A stretch of 64,000 nucleotides of DNA from Paraphysomonas bandaiensis (GCA_965644295.1 CBFFRP010000071.1:124001-188000), one strand, 5' to 3'; counted from the stretch's first letter, positions 36,024 through 49,348 are shown. Notes: a model not told the origin generated them from the letters alone. Numbers and translations are program-made.

Positions 36024-38262
36024 ATGACGCAGCCTCACTCCTCTCTCACAGCGTCAGATATCATCAATGTCGTTCATGCGGTGTCTCATGATGTCAAATC
36101 CGTGCTGGTAATAATCAAATTATGTCGTTAATCTTCTGTAAAGTGTCTGTTATAACAGCTAAAGAACTCTAAGAGGACATCAGAGGATGATAATGTAAGC
36201 CCTCTGCTCTACTGATGTCTGCTGTACACTGCTGGTGTGATGTATCTGTCGTGTGTTCTCATATACTGTTCAGACACACCCTGATTTCACAGTACTGGAA
36301 GATGATATTGATGTCAAGGCTCTGTCCAAAATTATGTTTCGAAGAGATTCATCCCCCACTAATCAGCAGTGGGAATTTTTTGATGACTTCATGGCGCTAT
36401 ACTTTAAAGTCGCCTCAACCATTACCCAACCTAACCTTGAGTTTTGCGCACACTATGCGAGGTTTATAATTCTTGTCTTATCCACTTTCTACTTATTCCT
36501 ATATGTTTTGTAGTGTTTTGGTATGTTTTTGCCTTTGTAACCAGGAGGATGCCATGCGGTTTGTCATTGGGTTATTTGCTCCAAGTGAAAACAGTCGCTC
36601 CATCACTTTGCCTCGATGTAAGGAACTGATGTCTACGATATTTCGAAGGGGAATTATAGTATCTGAAGGGTAGGTGATGTACGAACACTTGTGTCCTCTA
36701 ACTTGTTTGTGACGGAATGCAGGACCCTTGCAGATGTTTTTCTCGACCTCAGCCAGTACATAAACAGCCACCCCTTGCGTCATAATCGGAGCAATGAGAG
36801 TAGTGTTGACAGTTCTCTTTCTACCATGTCCTCCTCCCAAAACCTGATGGATTTTGATTTGGAGTCTAGTGGGCATCATGACATGGTAGGGGAGGACAGC
36901 GAAAATGAACTCTTCCCGATTAAACTGGCATACAATTACTTTACGAGGCGTCACAAGACTCTCTTGTGGCCTGTGCAGGTCATGCAGAAGCAGGTAGAGC
37001 TGTGTGTTATACGTTTACTTTAGATAAAATTTGTAATTGTCACTGTCCACTAGTTGCGTATGAAGTTCATGGGAGAGAGTGTGTGGCAGCACATGCAACA
37101 GAGCAATATCACTCCTCCAGCACTTCGGGTCACAGGCGAAGAGACCATATTCGAGTATGTAAAAACGATATATGATATATACGATCAATCAATGGGTCGG
37201 GAATATGGTACTCGCCCCAAGAGAACTCCATCAATGTGGGTTGACACATCCGCCGTACAGCAACAGTATCCCGGCGATATAGTAAAAGCAGAGGACACAC
37301 GATCGGCCTCCTGCTCATCAGCTGCCAACGAAACTATGCAGCCGTCGACATCCAGCGCAGACAACCTGAGGGATGGTACGCCTACTGACGTCAATGGTGA
37401 GCAGACTTCTGATAGCACAACTCCCACCCTAGTAGTAGATACAGCCACGTATCCTCAGACCTCACGGTCGCGATCTCCGAAGGCCTCTCGAGCCGCCAGT
37501 CGCCTTCTCCGAATGATGTCTAGCTTCAACGAGCAGGAAGGAGGTCTGAAGATAGTGTCATCGACTCTTATGAGACAACACTTAGTGAATCAGGTTGACG
37601 ACAAATTTGTGAAAGTGAAAACGTCGAAGCGACTGGCCTCTCGACTAGGACATGTTCAGAGTAGTCCTCCTCGTCGTGGTCCTGTGCGATCCTGGTGCGA
37701 CCCGGATATGTCTCTGCTGCGTGATGAACAGCAGACACCACACCGGGAGACGGAGGATTGTATTGATGGAGAAGTGGAAGACGACAGCGGAGAGACTCTT
37801 CGGGTGATGGTCGTTGAGGACAGCAAGTCTCAGCGAAAACTTATGCTTTACCGAATGCGGTGCATTCCCGGTGCGGAGAACTGGGTTGTGCGTGCAGCGA
37901 TTAACGGAGAAGAAGCTCTTAGCTTAGTTAATTCATCTGATGAGCCTTTTGACGTTGTTATTGTGGATGAAAACATGCAGTCCTCTGGGGGTAGTTTACT
38001 AGGCCACGAGGTAAGCTTTATCATGAGAAATAGCTTTACTTTGTTGACTTTCTGTTTGTCGTCACAGATAGTGGACATTCTGCGGAAGAGGCCCGACATG
38101 AGTCAGTCAGTGATAATAGGGTGCACTAGTAATGCTGTAAGGTATGCAAACAACTTTCTTGCCGCCGGCGCCGATGCTGTTTGGGCCAAACCTATGCCCG
38201 ATCAGGATACTATAATGAGTGAAGTGTCGTCTATTAGAGCGGCCAGAAGGAATTCACTTTGA
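36024..38262 (+). CDS. Multi-exon protein with C-terminal response-regulator receiver domain
   Basis: LRVMVVEDS, FDVVIVDENM (phospho-acceptor Asp), IIGCTS, AGADAVWAKP. Upstream exons inferred from GT-AG introns. Start codon tentative. Confidence 0.75.
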
Positions 38263-38931
38263 TAACATATACGGGATAGTAGTCTGTGTGTGTCAATATA
38301 TATGTTCTTGTGCTTGCTATATTTTTGTAGAGTTGAAAATAATATTTTCAGTTCATCTATTCTGGAAACTAAAGACCAAGGGTGCCTACGACATTCGATT
38401 GAAAGTGTATATAGAGTCTTTGCTGCAGTTACACAACTCCTACTATTTATGAGTTTCAAGGAATTTTGTCCGGTTACGACATCTACGGTAAGGTTTTGTA
38501 AATAGCTATTGCAATACATTGCTCTCAATCCCTGCTCTCATAGCTTCATTTCATACTTTGCTTCGGAGTGTGATAATTGTTAAATTCATGTAGTCAATAT
38601 TCAATATTCTTGCAGTAGCCCATGCGACATGCGACGAGATACATTCATTGTCCATAAACATATGTATATGTGAAATAGGAGCTATATATGTTATATTGAA
38701 ATGTATAGTGCGATTACCAGATGACTAAGCAATACGACTATTACCATTGCTGAAGAAAATTACCTCTAATATTTATGAGACTGTGCCCTAAATGATATCA
38801 AGCATTGGCCAAATGTTAGAAATATGAGCTACAGTCTAATTCGGAAATCATTAGGTTGATCTAAAATCTAAATGTACTGTGCAATACCTCAGCCATCAGT
38901 ATCACCAAATACAAAGTAATTTAGTTCTAAG

Positions 38932-39554
38932 TAGGGCCTGTTAACCGTTAATGGTAGTGGCATTAATGGTTGTTACAATTTCCGGGACATTTTACATTAA
39001 TGCCATTATAACTGCCTAGAGTGAAAGAGGTTGTACCTTGGTGCTTGCGGTGGCGCACCAGCAGCTAGCGTAGCGTTCAAAAGTAGGATATCAGAGTACA
39101 GCACTACTTAGGTAAATTACAAAGCACTAGTTAGTTTTGGATCTTACACGCCTATTGCTAATTATTTAGACACTCACTACTTATAATTGCAGGGAACTGG
39201 TACTTGATATATAGAACTAAGAACAAAGCACTTTAAGATATAGTATCTCCTATATACTCCAAATAAACTCTAAACAATGTTACACAATGTTCATGCAACT
39301 ATACAGCTACTTTGTGCTTTGTTGCACCTTTGTTCATTATCAGCTAAATTTATAGAGATCCGTAGTATGTTACTTTACTAAATTAGTAATTAAGGGAGCA
39401 TCACACTGTAATTTACGAGTGGTATCAACTACATAGTAGGTATTAATGGCCATTAATGGACCATTATAATTGCCGGGGCAGTTCTCATTAATGCCATTAT
39501 AATTTCCGGGAACTGGGCCACCGTTAATGGACCAATAATGGTTACCAGGCCCTG
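38932..39554. mobile_element. hAT-type MITE with a nested LINE-3'-end copy
   Basis: Imperfect TIRs TAGGGCCTGTTAACCGTTA / (rc) CAGGGCCTGGTAACCATTA. 8-bp flanks GTTCTAAG and TTTCTAAG. Repeated subterminal CATTAATG and CCATTATAA motifs. Confidence 0.8.
39026..39180 (+). repeat. Diverged copy of the LINE 3' end (module A + tail)
   Basis: GGTTGTACCTTGGTGCTTGCGGTGGCGCACCAGCAGC...CGCCTATTGCTAATTATTTAGACACTCACTACT aligns with 56826-57006. Confidence 0.8.
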
Positions 39555-40652
39555 TTTCTAAGTAGGATATATAATATATACAGTGTGCGCAGTCTAGAGT
39601 GTAGTGTGATGGATTCCTTGTGGCTGACCGATAGAGTGATGACGAGTCTAGGAAGGGTCAGGCTGAAGTAAGTGATGCAAATGTTAAATTTCACTATTAA
39701 ACCCATTCAAATGTTGGAATGAGTAGAACTTTAGTGCTTAATAATATTCTCCTGTAGATATTCTCCTATGTGGGGTCAGGTTACCAAGATACCCAGGATG
39801 TAATCAAATACAGCAATACCAATACCGCTCAGATGGTTGACCAGAGCTGATCGACAGGCGAATGATGGGAGTAGTTGTAATAATGCGACCATCACAACTT
39901 CTTCCACTAAAACACAAATACGGTGATTGCTGAGATACTCTGTATCCCACTATCTTCCATTAATACCGTTAACGTCATCGTGTTAGTTCATTATCTGCAC
40001 CTCATAAGTAACGGCTTCACCTGTACAGCTTCCTTCTTGTGTGTCAATACTGCATTGTCATCGTCTGTGTTACTCTCATTATCAACACCTTAACTGTTAA
40101 TCATAAGCTGTTCAGTACTCTATTCAAAGCTCTGTTAATTTAAGTGCAGTGCACTCAATGCTGTATTGGAGGATGTGTGCGTGAAGGCCGCAGTGGCTGG
40201 ACGGACTGTTACTGCTGTGTTCATTCATGGCAAGATTTTTTTTGTAAAATCATTTTTACGTAAAAAAATATTTTTTTGTACAGTACAAAAAGTACTGTAC
40301 GACATTCCTCATAATTAAATATACAAAAACAGAAATTGCTAACAAAAATTTCGTTTTGAAAAAAATCCTGCCTGTATATTTCACACCTTAGCGATATTTG
40401 ACAGTTGCTTAGAACTCTCACTGTATACATACACCATATACACAGTCAGTAGTATCTGTGTACATGTCTGTATGTATGTATGTGTGTGTGTGTATGTACA
40501 GCATATCATATACATAGTCCACTGAACCATCATATCAATCAATATCAGATTTATTTCACTGTTTCAATATAAGCGATACACTCATACTCATCATATCGGG
40601 TTTGCTTGTCTGGCAAAGGGCTAGAGGGGCTCGTATATCAATCTAATAATCT

Positions 40653-43008
40653 ATGAGTAGCCTTGCGTTAGATGCTGGTGATATAGCAGATTGGCTCGAG
40701 GAGCTCGGTCTAGAGAAAAGGAAAGTGAACTTTACGAAGAATGTTCCGGCTGCATGCGCAGATGGGGTGCTTGTTGCCGATATCATCCATGCGATGTATC
40801 CGAAAATGATTCAGGTGACTGTTATCTGCTCATGCATACCATCCCTGTCTGTCTACAGCATACGGTCCCTGTCTATTAGTACCATACTATCCTATCCGTA
40901 CCTGTTAATAGCATACTATCCGACTATAGTATGCAATCCGTATGTATTTATATTAGCATACTATCCGTATATGTTAATGGTATGCAACCTGTATCTATAA
41001 GTTGCATGCAATCTAAGTCTATAGCATACTATCCGTGTCTATTAGTACCATACTATCCTATCCGTACCTGTTAATAGCATACTATCTGTCCATAGTATGC
41101 AGTCCGTATCTATAAGTTGCATACTATCTATATCTGTCTATAGCGTACTATCTGTATCTGTAATAGCATTCTATCCGTATCTATTATATCTATTAATAGT
41201 ATGCTATCCTTTTCTATTTATATTAGCATACTATCGGGCCTCATTGTAGGATGTGATCTATTTTGATTAATGGAATGTGAGCCGTATATATTGATATTAT
41301 GTAATCTATATCTAGCTATTATAGAGTTCTATAGCTTTTAGTAGTATGTATTCTGTCTATAGATTTTTGTTATCTATACCTCTAATTCGTCTACCCTCCA
41401 GATACATAGTTACAGTGAGACAAATAGTATTCAAAGTAGAAAGGAAAATTGGCGTCTACTGAATAGGAAAGTCTTGAAGCATTTGAGATGTGAGGTTACT
41501 GAAGACGACATTGATATATATGCAACCCGCAAAAGTGGCCAAAAAGTGATTGAATATTTACGAATGCTGCGAGCAAAATTACCCGCATACGAACCTTTCT
41601 ATTTGTCGGGACAGTATAATAACGACGCTGGTAGGCAGGCGCGGGCCTCTGCATACTTGGCGTCAAGTGGTGCTCCACCTCCTGTCCCAGAATTAAGTGA
41701 TACGACCTCCACGCCCGCTCGATCACGCCAGAACAGTGGCCGCTTTTCCACTAGTAGTCACGGAGCTAACGTAGAACCTGGTGGACCCCGCAACCGACGT
41801 CCTTCAATGATCAAGAGCGAAAAAATTCTAAAAGAGTAGGTGCCATGACTTCTATAGGTCGAAATATGATAATGCTTTATACAGACGGCAAAAAGTAGTA
41901 AGCCGAGCAAGCAAGAAAGCAGCAGGATTGTCTGAGCATGAAATTGACGCTTTGTACATACAGTATGCCAAAGAACTGAAGAAATCGGCCCAGGAGCTTG
42001 CAATGCAGAGCGATGAACTTGATCATCGCAGTGCTATCATGGATGCTAAAATAGCAGCTTTACGACAACAGAATAAGGTGAGACCCGTATTCATGGACCA
42101 CGATGCGTGACTAATATGTGCTAGGACGAACTGCTGCGGATAGAGAAACGTATTGCACAAACACAGATTACTATGGCTGAGGCAGAGATGGGACGAGAGA
42201 TTGTTGGTGTTGACGATAGGGTTATTGATCATCTATCCGATACACAAAAAGACACGAACTTGAAGGGACAACTCCGGAAGCAATTCCACCGTGCAAGCAT
42301 TACGATAGGTACTCCAGAGAGTGTATGGTACAATAAAGATACCTCACCAGTATCCTCCGCTGGCAAGCCACGTAGAAAATCCGACAACCCTCGAGCATCT
42401 GTAAGTAGCAAGGCTACACCGTCTCCGAAGAAAGGTCTCCGTACACCTCAGTTGACCCCTGGTAGTATACCTGCGACCCCAGATCTTGGGCAGAGTAGAA
42501 CGGAAGACTCTGACGTGTCTCCGCTAACAGTCCACACCAAAACATTCAGTCCGGACGGCAGACTCAGTATCGAAGGGGATGATGAATCCGACAGCGACGA
42601 AAGGTATGAACGTGTGTTCTATTGTGTAAAGTAAGAATGACTTTGGTATCTAGCGATATACCACCACCGCCTCCTCCTCAGTCTGAAGAAAACGACAGTC
42701 CAATCAAAGTAGCTAATGATTCTGAACCTCCAGCACTCCATGCTGGCCACAGTGTTGAACAGGCTAAACCAGATCCCCCACCAGCTGCACCACAGAGAAT
42801 TCCCACAGTTGACTTCATACGCCACTTTTCTGCTGAGTATGGTAGGTTCTTTTATATGCGCACCTCTGTGGGACCTGGTGAGGAAGCAAGTCAGTGGATT
42901 CCACCCACGTCAGGGGTGGTGCAGTGCAGAGATGACTCCACTGGCAGAGACTATTATACCGACTCGTCAACAGGAAAATCTGCGTGGGTGCTGTCTGATT
43001 TATGTTAA
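40653..43008 (+). CDS. SPEF1/CAMSAP-type calponin-homology domain protein with coiled coil and C-terminal WW-like motifs, multi-exon
   Basis: ACADGVLVADIIHAMYPKMIQ|IHSYSETNSIQSRKENWRLLNRKVLKHL matches the CH_2 pattern. C-terminal YGRFFYM...SQWIPP and DDSTGRDYYTDSSTGKSAW. Confidence 0.75.
40835..41240 (+). repeat. Degenerate minisatellite (core AGCATACTATCCGTA) in the first intron of the CH-domain gene
   Basis: Many imperfect recurrences of the core inside the intron at about 40816-41401. Confidence 0.8.
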
Positions 43009-43584
43009 TTATGACCACTGCAGTCCGTCTTCCAGAGTAGTTGTTTTCTATATCCATAATCATGTGTTTTGTGTTTAGTAATCTTTAGTAAACGCTGTAT
43101 AGTGCTTTAAAGTAACCCTTTGTCGTCGCAACGTATATACCAAAGTTTGTACTCCGAAATTTGCTGAAGCATTAAAGAACACTTCCAAAAACTGTAATTT
43201 ATGTTTTAGTCTCATTTAAAGACCTAAAGATACTCTAACATCTAACAAAGTGATCATACACAATGTTGATGCATCGTGTGATTTACTCGTTATATATCCT
43301 TCTATCAATTATGTGTTGAAATTTTAAATTTAAAAGTGCTTTATCAGACATTTTGATATTGTTATACCCACTCCTTCTTGTCACTTATAACTTATATTGT
43401 GATGCTTACTAGTGTCAGCAGTAATAAAAAGCGATTCGCATACTACATCCACAAATCTTTCTTAACACTCGCAATTGCTACAATTTGTTTTGAGAAATAT
43501 CGAATATATTTGGTGATTCTGTTGTCCTATTATTAATACTAGCTATCAAAAGAAGCACAAATACTAAAATACATCAACTACATC

Positions 43585-45795
43585 TTATTTCATGTCAGTA
43601 TCAGGAGTAGATTGCTGGCCATAGGCGGCAGTCTGTTGTTGCTGAGCGTACCAGTTAGCATACTGTTGATACTGATTTGGATCCGTTCCTTGCACTGGCT
43701 GAGCGGGGTTCTGCCCAGCAGCAGGGGTCTGTGCCGCAGTACCCTGTTGAGCCCAGTAACCAGCATAGGCATTAGGATCCGCCGAGGCGCCCACTTGTTG
43801 AGGTGGGTATCCCCACGGTGCATATCCCTGAGGAGAAACATACGCACCAGGGTAAGCCTGCTGGTACTGCTGCTGCATCCATGGCATCGCAGGATTAGCA
43901 CCAGGAGTTCCTGTTGGCATGCCTGTGATCACAGTAGACATCTGTATTACAGTCTGCTTCCCCTTCTTCGTCACAGTTACGCCAGGAGCAGTTTCTTCTT
44001 TTTCCTCCGCGTCTTTGCTAGTTCCATTCCCCCCCTTGGCATTACCCTGCCCGTCGTCCCCAAGTTCTGCCATGAAACTCATGTATTCGGTGTCCAGAGC
44101 TACCTCATTCGTAGGAGCATCCTATGCGGCACAATTAATTAGACAGTCATCAGAAGGAATAGAGTAAGCCACAAGTATATATATCAACAAACGCATACCT
44201 CTTTTAGCGGACAATCTCGTGTGGGGTGACTTTGATCTCCACAAATTGCACACCTAACCCCTGCCGCCTGGAAGGTCTTCGTGCGCTGAGGGCACTCGAA
44301 GTGACGATGTCCTTTTTCTCCACACACAGAGCAGAACTCGTCTTCTTTCAAGGTACCATTAATAAGCGCCAGCTCCCTCAGTTGTTTTTGCTTGTGCTCA
44401 TTCTTTTCGTCATCAACCGGTACTAAAAGCTCTTGCACCATTCTTGCCGCGGCCTCAACCTACGGACACCAATCAATACAAAGCGGATTCGAGGTACACT
44501 GCACGAAGCTGTCCATATCTTGCCGACAAATGACACAATGGGTTTTCTACGTACATTTTCCTCAGTTTCTCCTTGAACAAAGCAGTGTAGCTCATCGTCT
44601 TCATCTGGTTGCTGCTTGGCCGCCCGACCCTTGCTGCCTTCCTTAACACTCCCCTTTCCCCTGATGCTTATCTTACACCCAGTCTCGCGTTCCATTCGCT
44701 TCTGTGTGTTCCCTCGAGGACCAATGATTAGTCCAATGAAATTGTATGTCGGGTGCTCTTTGTAGGGGATATACAACTTGCGGTACGGTTTCTGCCTCAC
44801 GAAATCTGCAGGTGGCTGCACACAAGTGTAAGACGAATATAAGTGGGTGTTCGAACTCATTGCGTACATCATCAAGTACACAAACATGCACTGACAACAG
44901 TACCAACCTGAAATAGAGGGTTGAGTTTCAGCATCTCCTCGATGACCTGTGTCCTCTGTTGGGTAAGAGACTCGCGCATACGTACTTCTCGGGTGTTCAT
45001 TCTCTTTCCGTGGGCGTCGTACTTCGGAGGCGGCGACGGAGATCTATTGGGATTCAATTCCGCCGCTGCTGCATCTTTTACGACAGTCATGAGGCGGTCG
45101 TTGATCTCTTTAAGCTTTAGCTGCAGGACAAGAGTCTGCTGCATGATCTCTGCTGTCAATTGGAAGGGTTGCGGGGCAGCAGCAACAGGTGCAGGTGGCT
45201 CAGCAGGAGCAGAAGACCAGCGAGAGCGGCGAGGTTTCTTGGTTCCCTCCGTAGGAGGGTCCTCAGTTCCAGCTGATACAGCGGTTCCAGTAGAAGTAGA
45301 CTCCTGTGCGCTAGAAGGAGCAGCACTTTCTGTCGCAGTCACAGGAGGAGCCTCACCCCATCTGTTACGACGCTTCTTCTTCTTCTCACCATCCGCACCA
45401 TCTGATTGAGCATTGCTCGCATCCCCCTGACCACTATGAAGGATCTTCTTCTCTAGTTCCAGTATATCATAACTCTCTCCCGCCTCTGTCTTCTCAGTGG
45501 CAGCCAGATATAACTTCTTCACGCTCTTAAAGCATGACCATGTTTCCAGATCTCTCCAGAACAGTGGAAATTTCTCGTATTTTTCCTGTACAATAAAATG
45601 AGTGTATAATTCCTCTTAGTTTGTGTGTATATGTCTATATACGTGTATGTATTGTACGTATATAAGTACCTTGAAAGAGTCGTCCAGGGAGTTAAACCAC
45701 GTCTTCATAGGGAGATACAGGGCCTTAAGCATGGCCTGCCGCTCCTGCTGCTCTTCGTATTCATAGGTGTCACTCGAGTCATTGAATGCACTCAT
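43585..45795 (-). CDS. SF1: Splicing factor 1 / branchpoint-bridging protein
   Basis: KRRNRW and RRSRW ULM motifs, [22 protein letters not shown] domain [18 protein letters not shown]...[13 protein letters not shown]2 [16 protein letters not shown], two CCHC knuckles, [10 protein letters not shown]. Confidence 0.95.
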
Positions 45796-45909
45796 ATTGA
45801 ACGATAGGCGGACTCGGACTGTTGTGGGCACTGTCGCGGGCTAGACGATAAATAGATGACTTAACTATGAAAACTACAGTAACAATAGTGTCAATGGTGC
45901 AGACTACAC

Positions 45910-46185
45910 TACATACATACATACATACATACATACATACATACATACATACATACATACATACATACATACATACATACATACATACATACATACATAC
46001 ATACATACATACATACATACATACATACATACATACATACATACATACATACATACATACATACATACATACATACATACATACATACATACATACATAC
46101 ATACATACATACATACATACATACATACATACATACATACATACATACATACATACATACATACATACATACATACATACATACA
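45910..46185 (-). repeat. (TATG)n microsatellite on the minus strand, about 69 units
   Basis: Direct reading. About 115 bp upstream of the SF1 ATG. Confidence 0.97.
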
Positions 46186-46958
46186 GCAGTGTGGCGTGTA
46201 TACTGGGAATACATAGTATGGTATGGTATTATCGGTTGGTTGCTTCAATTACGGTGTTGTGTGAAGCGCTTTTGAATGCTTGTCTCTTAATCTCATACTG
46301 GAGCTGAGACATTCACTGATAAGATATTACTGTGACACGCCTCTCGCTTCAATCTGTCTACAAATCAGACAAATTGATATATAGCGTACATTATTTTAAA
46401 CCTGAGTAATTATGGCCGATAGCTCTCTTTCAGCTTCGGAACTAAGACAGCGATATCACAGAGGAGGGACAGCCAATGACGATGAATTATCCGCATCGCA
46501 GCTTCGTGCACGACATGGGATTTCATCTAATACGAGAGGTAGTCGATAACTTACTATCGCCTGCTTTACTAATAACACTTTTTTAGATTTCTCAACATCC
46601 TCGAAGTCGAATGGTGTACCTGTTGTTGCTATTGTTGGAGTAATTGTGGTTGTAATCGGAATTGCTTTCTTTATATATACATCATCCAAATGACTAGTCT
46701 TGTCTGTTCGATAGAGATTCGAGAACTTGAACATAGTATTATTTGGCAGGGAAAGGTAATATCCTAATTGGAATAACTTTATTCAGTTGTTTTGTTTACA
46801 TCGTGAAAATCATCCATATATTTATTGCTATGTATATGGCCTAAAGGTTGTTTTTCACGTCATTGCTTAGTGCTATATGCAATAGTTTATGCAGTGCATC
46901 GCTCAAAATGTCGTGTCGTTATCACATCACACAACAGTGGTAGAATTAAATACTAACA

Positions 46959-46984
46959 TGTGTTTAGGGGATCCCCTAAACACA
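46959..46984. repeat. 26-bp perfect palindrome TGTGTTTAGGGGATCCCCTAAACACA
   Basis: Self reverse-complementary with no loop. Confidence 0.9.
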
Positions 46985-47089
46985 CACCACTATTTATGTC
47001 CTCGAAATGGCAATAGTAGTACAGCTCTATTTAACGATCCACTTAAACTTCACATAACTCAGTTAATGCCATGAACCATGAATTAACAT

Positions 47090-47805
47090 CAGGGCTGCGT
47101 AACAATTAATTGCAATTATTAGTTATAGCTCGCGCAATTCATTGCAATGTAATTGTGCCAATTATTGTATAATTAACTTCGTTACTCATTGCAAACACGT
47201 ATAGCATCTTCAACCGTATGATGATATAATTGACAGAGTATGATATTTACATGGTCAAAACTCTAAATATCCAGGTTTTCGTCTGCAAAAAACAGTAAAA
47301 AGCCCTGATAATCCATGTCCATACCGCTGCACATCCAGTTCGTAGTGAACTTCAATCCTGCAGTGTCCTGTAAGGCATCCAGGATCGGAAGAACATGATT
47401 GCCACACTACATATAGATATATATCTTCAGCTAGAGGGGTATTGAGCATTACATATACACTATGGATCGAGCTGAACTAAGTTTTGTAGTAAAAATCAAG
47501 AGGAAAAACACATAATCGACCGTTCAAAAAAGCAGTACCTTTCTTAAAGTAAAGAAAACGTTATAATGGGAGTCCAACCTTCCCACTATTGTAATAGCCA
47601 TTGTAATAACCAATAGCCATCGTCCTTAATGTTTTGCAACTTCTAATTCTAAGATTATAATGTGCTCTTATACTATATATATAGTTAATAATTGCCAATT
47701 AATTGAAATTTAATTGCAACCTTACAACGAGCAATTATAATTGCAATTATTACCTATGTTCCATGCAATTTAATTTCAATTACAATTAATTGTTACGCAG
47801 CCCTG
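47090..47805. mobile_element. hAT-type MITE (716 bp)
   Basis: Perfect 23-bp TIR CAGGGCTGCGTAACAATTAATTG. Perfect 8-bp TSD ATTAACAT (47082-47089 and 47806-47813). AATTGCAAT-like subterminal repeats. No ORF of note. Confidence 0.92.
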
Positions 47806-48009
47806 ATTAACATTAGTCGTTGTTAATAATATTTACGTACTGCACAACACAGCTTATAAACGAATTGTTCCGTCAACATTGTGCCCAAGGGTAAACGTCC
47901 AGCCTAAAATACGGTACTAAGCTATACAAGAGTAGATATTGTGTTCATTCGTGTATTCAATGTTTAAGAATACTCAGGATTCTAAGTACTAAATACAATT
48001 ATAGTTTAA

Positions 48010-48101
48010 CCACTGGTTGCAAGGGAACTATATCGTCCCACGCTCTAAATTTTGAACCGAGTGAGACAGGGGACGATACTCGTTATCTCGTTATCCCTAG
48101 G
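48010..48101. mobile_element. Possible tiny degenerate piggyBac-like element
   Basis: TTAA|CC...GG|TTAA boundaries with internal inverted TATCGTCCC / GGGACGATA. Short and imperfect. Confidence 0.35.
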
Positions 48102-49069
48102 TTAAATTGTTGCTTATCCTCATGATGCTAAAAACCTAACCCTACATGTAGCTTGATTGCTGTCAGAGGAAATACGTTGCTTTTCTCTGATCTCTGATTA
48201 ACAGTAAGAAAACGTTGAATAGCTAAAGTACTGTTTCCAATCAATGTCAAACTCAGGGAATGTCAATTGCACTACATTGACTCGATAGAATAAACTTTGA
48301 CATGTCAATAATGTAACTCTACCACAAAAGAATGCTGAAGGAATAGCTAAAGCGATGAATTGAAATTCGTACATAAAAATGATGATGAATCTGAAATTGT
48401 ACTCGCACGAGGCTTCTTTTGTTGTTACTTGCATCATCATCACATTTATTTACATCACGCTAAACCCCTGCTAGCCTGCTAGTGCAACTGAGTCGGATGC
48501 TGTGCGAACTGAGTGGGCAGAACAATAATATTTGCTGGGGCTAGATATGCGGATCATATGTTTCTTGAGCAGAATTTTCTTTACCCTACCGATGAGGAAA
48601 GTTCTAACTGCATCCTGTAACTCCTTTGTTGGCCATACTTCCAAAATAATAATGATAAGTATATACACCTCTAATGGATATAAACAACAAGCAACTTTCA
48701 AAGCCAAAAAATTGTATTATACTTTTAATCATTGGTATATTCTACCTACTACGATTCTCTGTCAAAGGGATGGTCTTTATTCTATTTCAATTCAGACATA
48801 CCAGTTTAATCATAACTGACTACGATAATTCATCGTCAATTTATAAGGAAAAGTACGATCAAGGTATTTCATCTAGTTCAAATGCATGTTATGCAGTAGT
48901 ATAAAAGATATGTATTAAAGAAACACAAGTATGTACAATGAACCTGAATATTATTGAATGTATAAGATCTAGTCTACCTATATGATTGTATACTATTGGT
49001 TGGCATTTAGAAAGAGTGACAGAGTCTTTATAGAGTGAATGATGAGAAATGCATATCGCATATTTACTC

Positions 49070-49348
49070 CCTCAACAAAGTCGGGCTCGCATCTTTTTGT
49101 GGTTTTCTGGGGGATAAGTACTAGACATTTCTCCGGGAATACTAATGTCAGCCGCATATATAGCCAGCAGATACTATTGTTCTGCCTACTCATAGCCAAA
49201 TTCTTGTGAGGTACAAGGAACACTAATAAGTGTCACTTGTGTAGACGTCTTTGGGCCTTGACGAATAAGCAGGCATCCGGGTCCGGGGTATTGGGCCCAC
49301 CTCAAGGGTAACAACCGCCGTATTGCTAATAACCAGACATCCATTACT
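49070..49348 (+). repeat. Retroposon-like 3'-end repeat (module B + shared tail)
   Basis: Homologous to the reverse complement of 21691-22145 once the insert is removed. Ends GCCGTATTGCTAATAACCAGACATCCATTACT. Confidence 0.75.

Noticed and set aside
39700-40200. Possible minus-strand gene remnant
   Set aside because: Coding-like stretches are broken by multiple stops and I could not assign a product or a consistent splice model.
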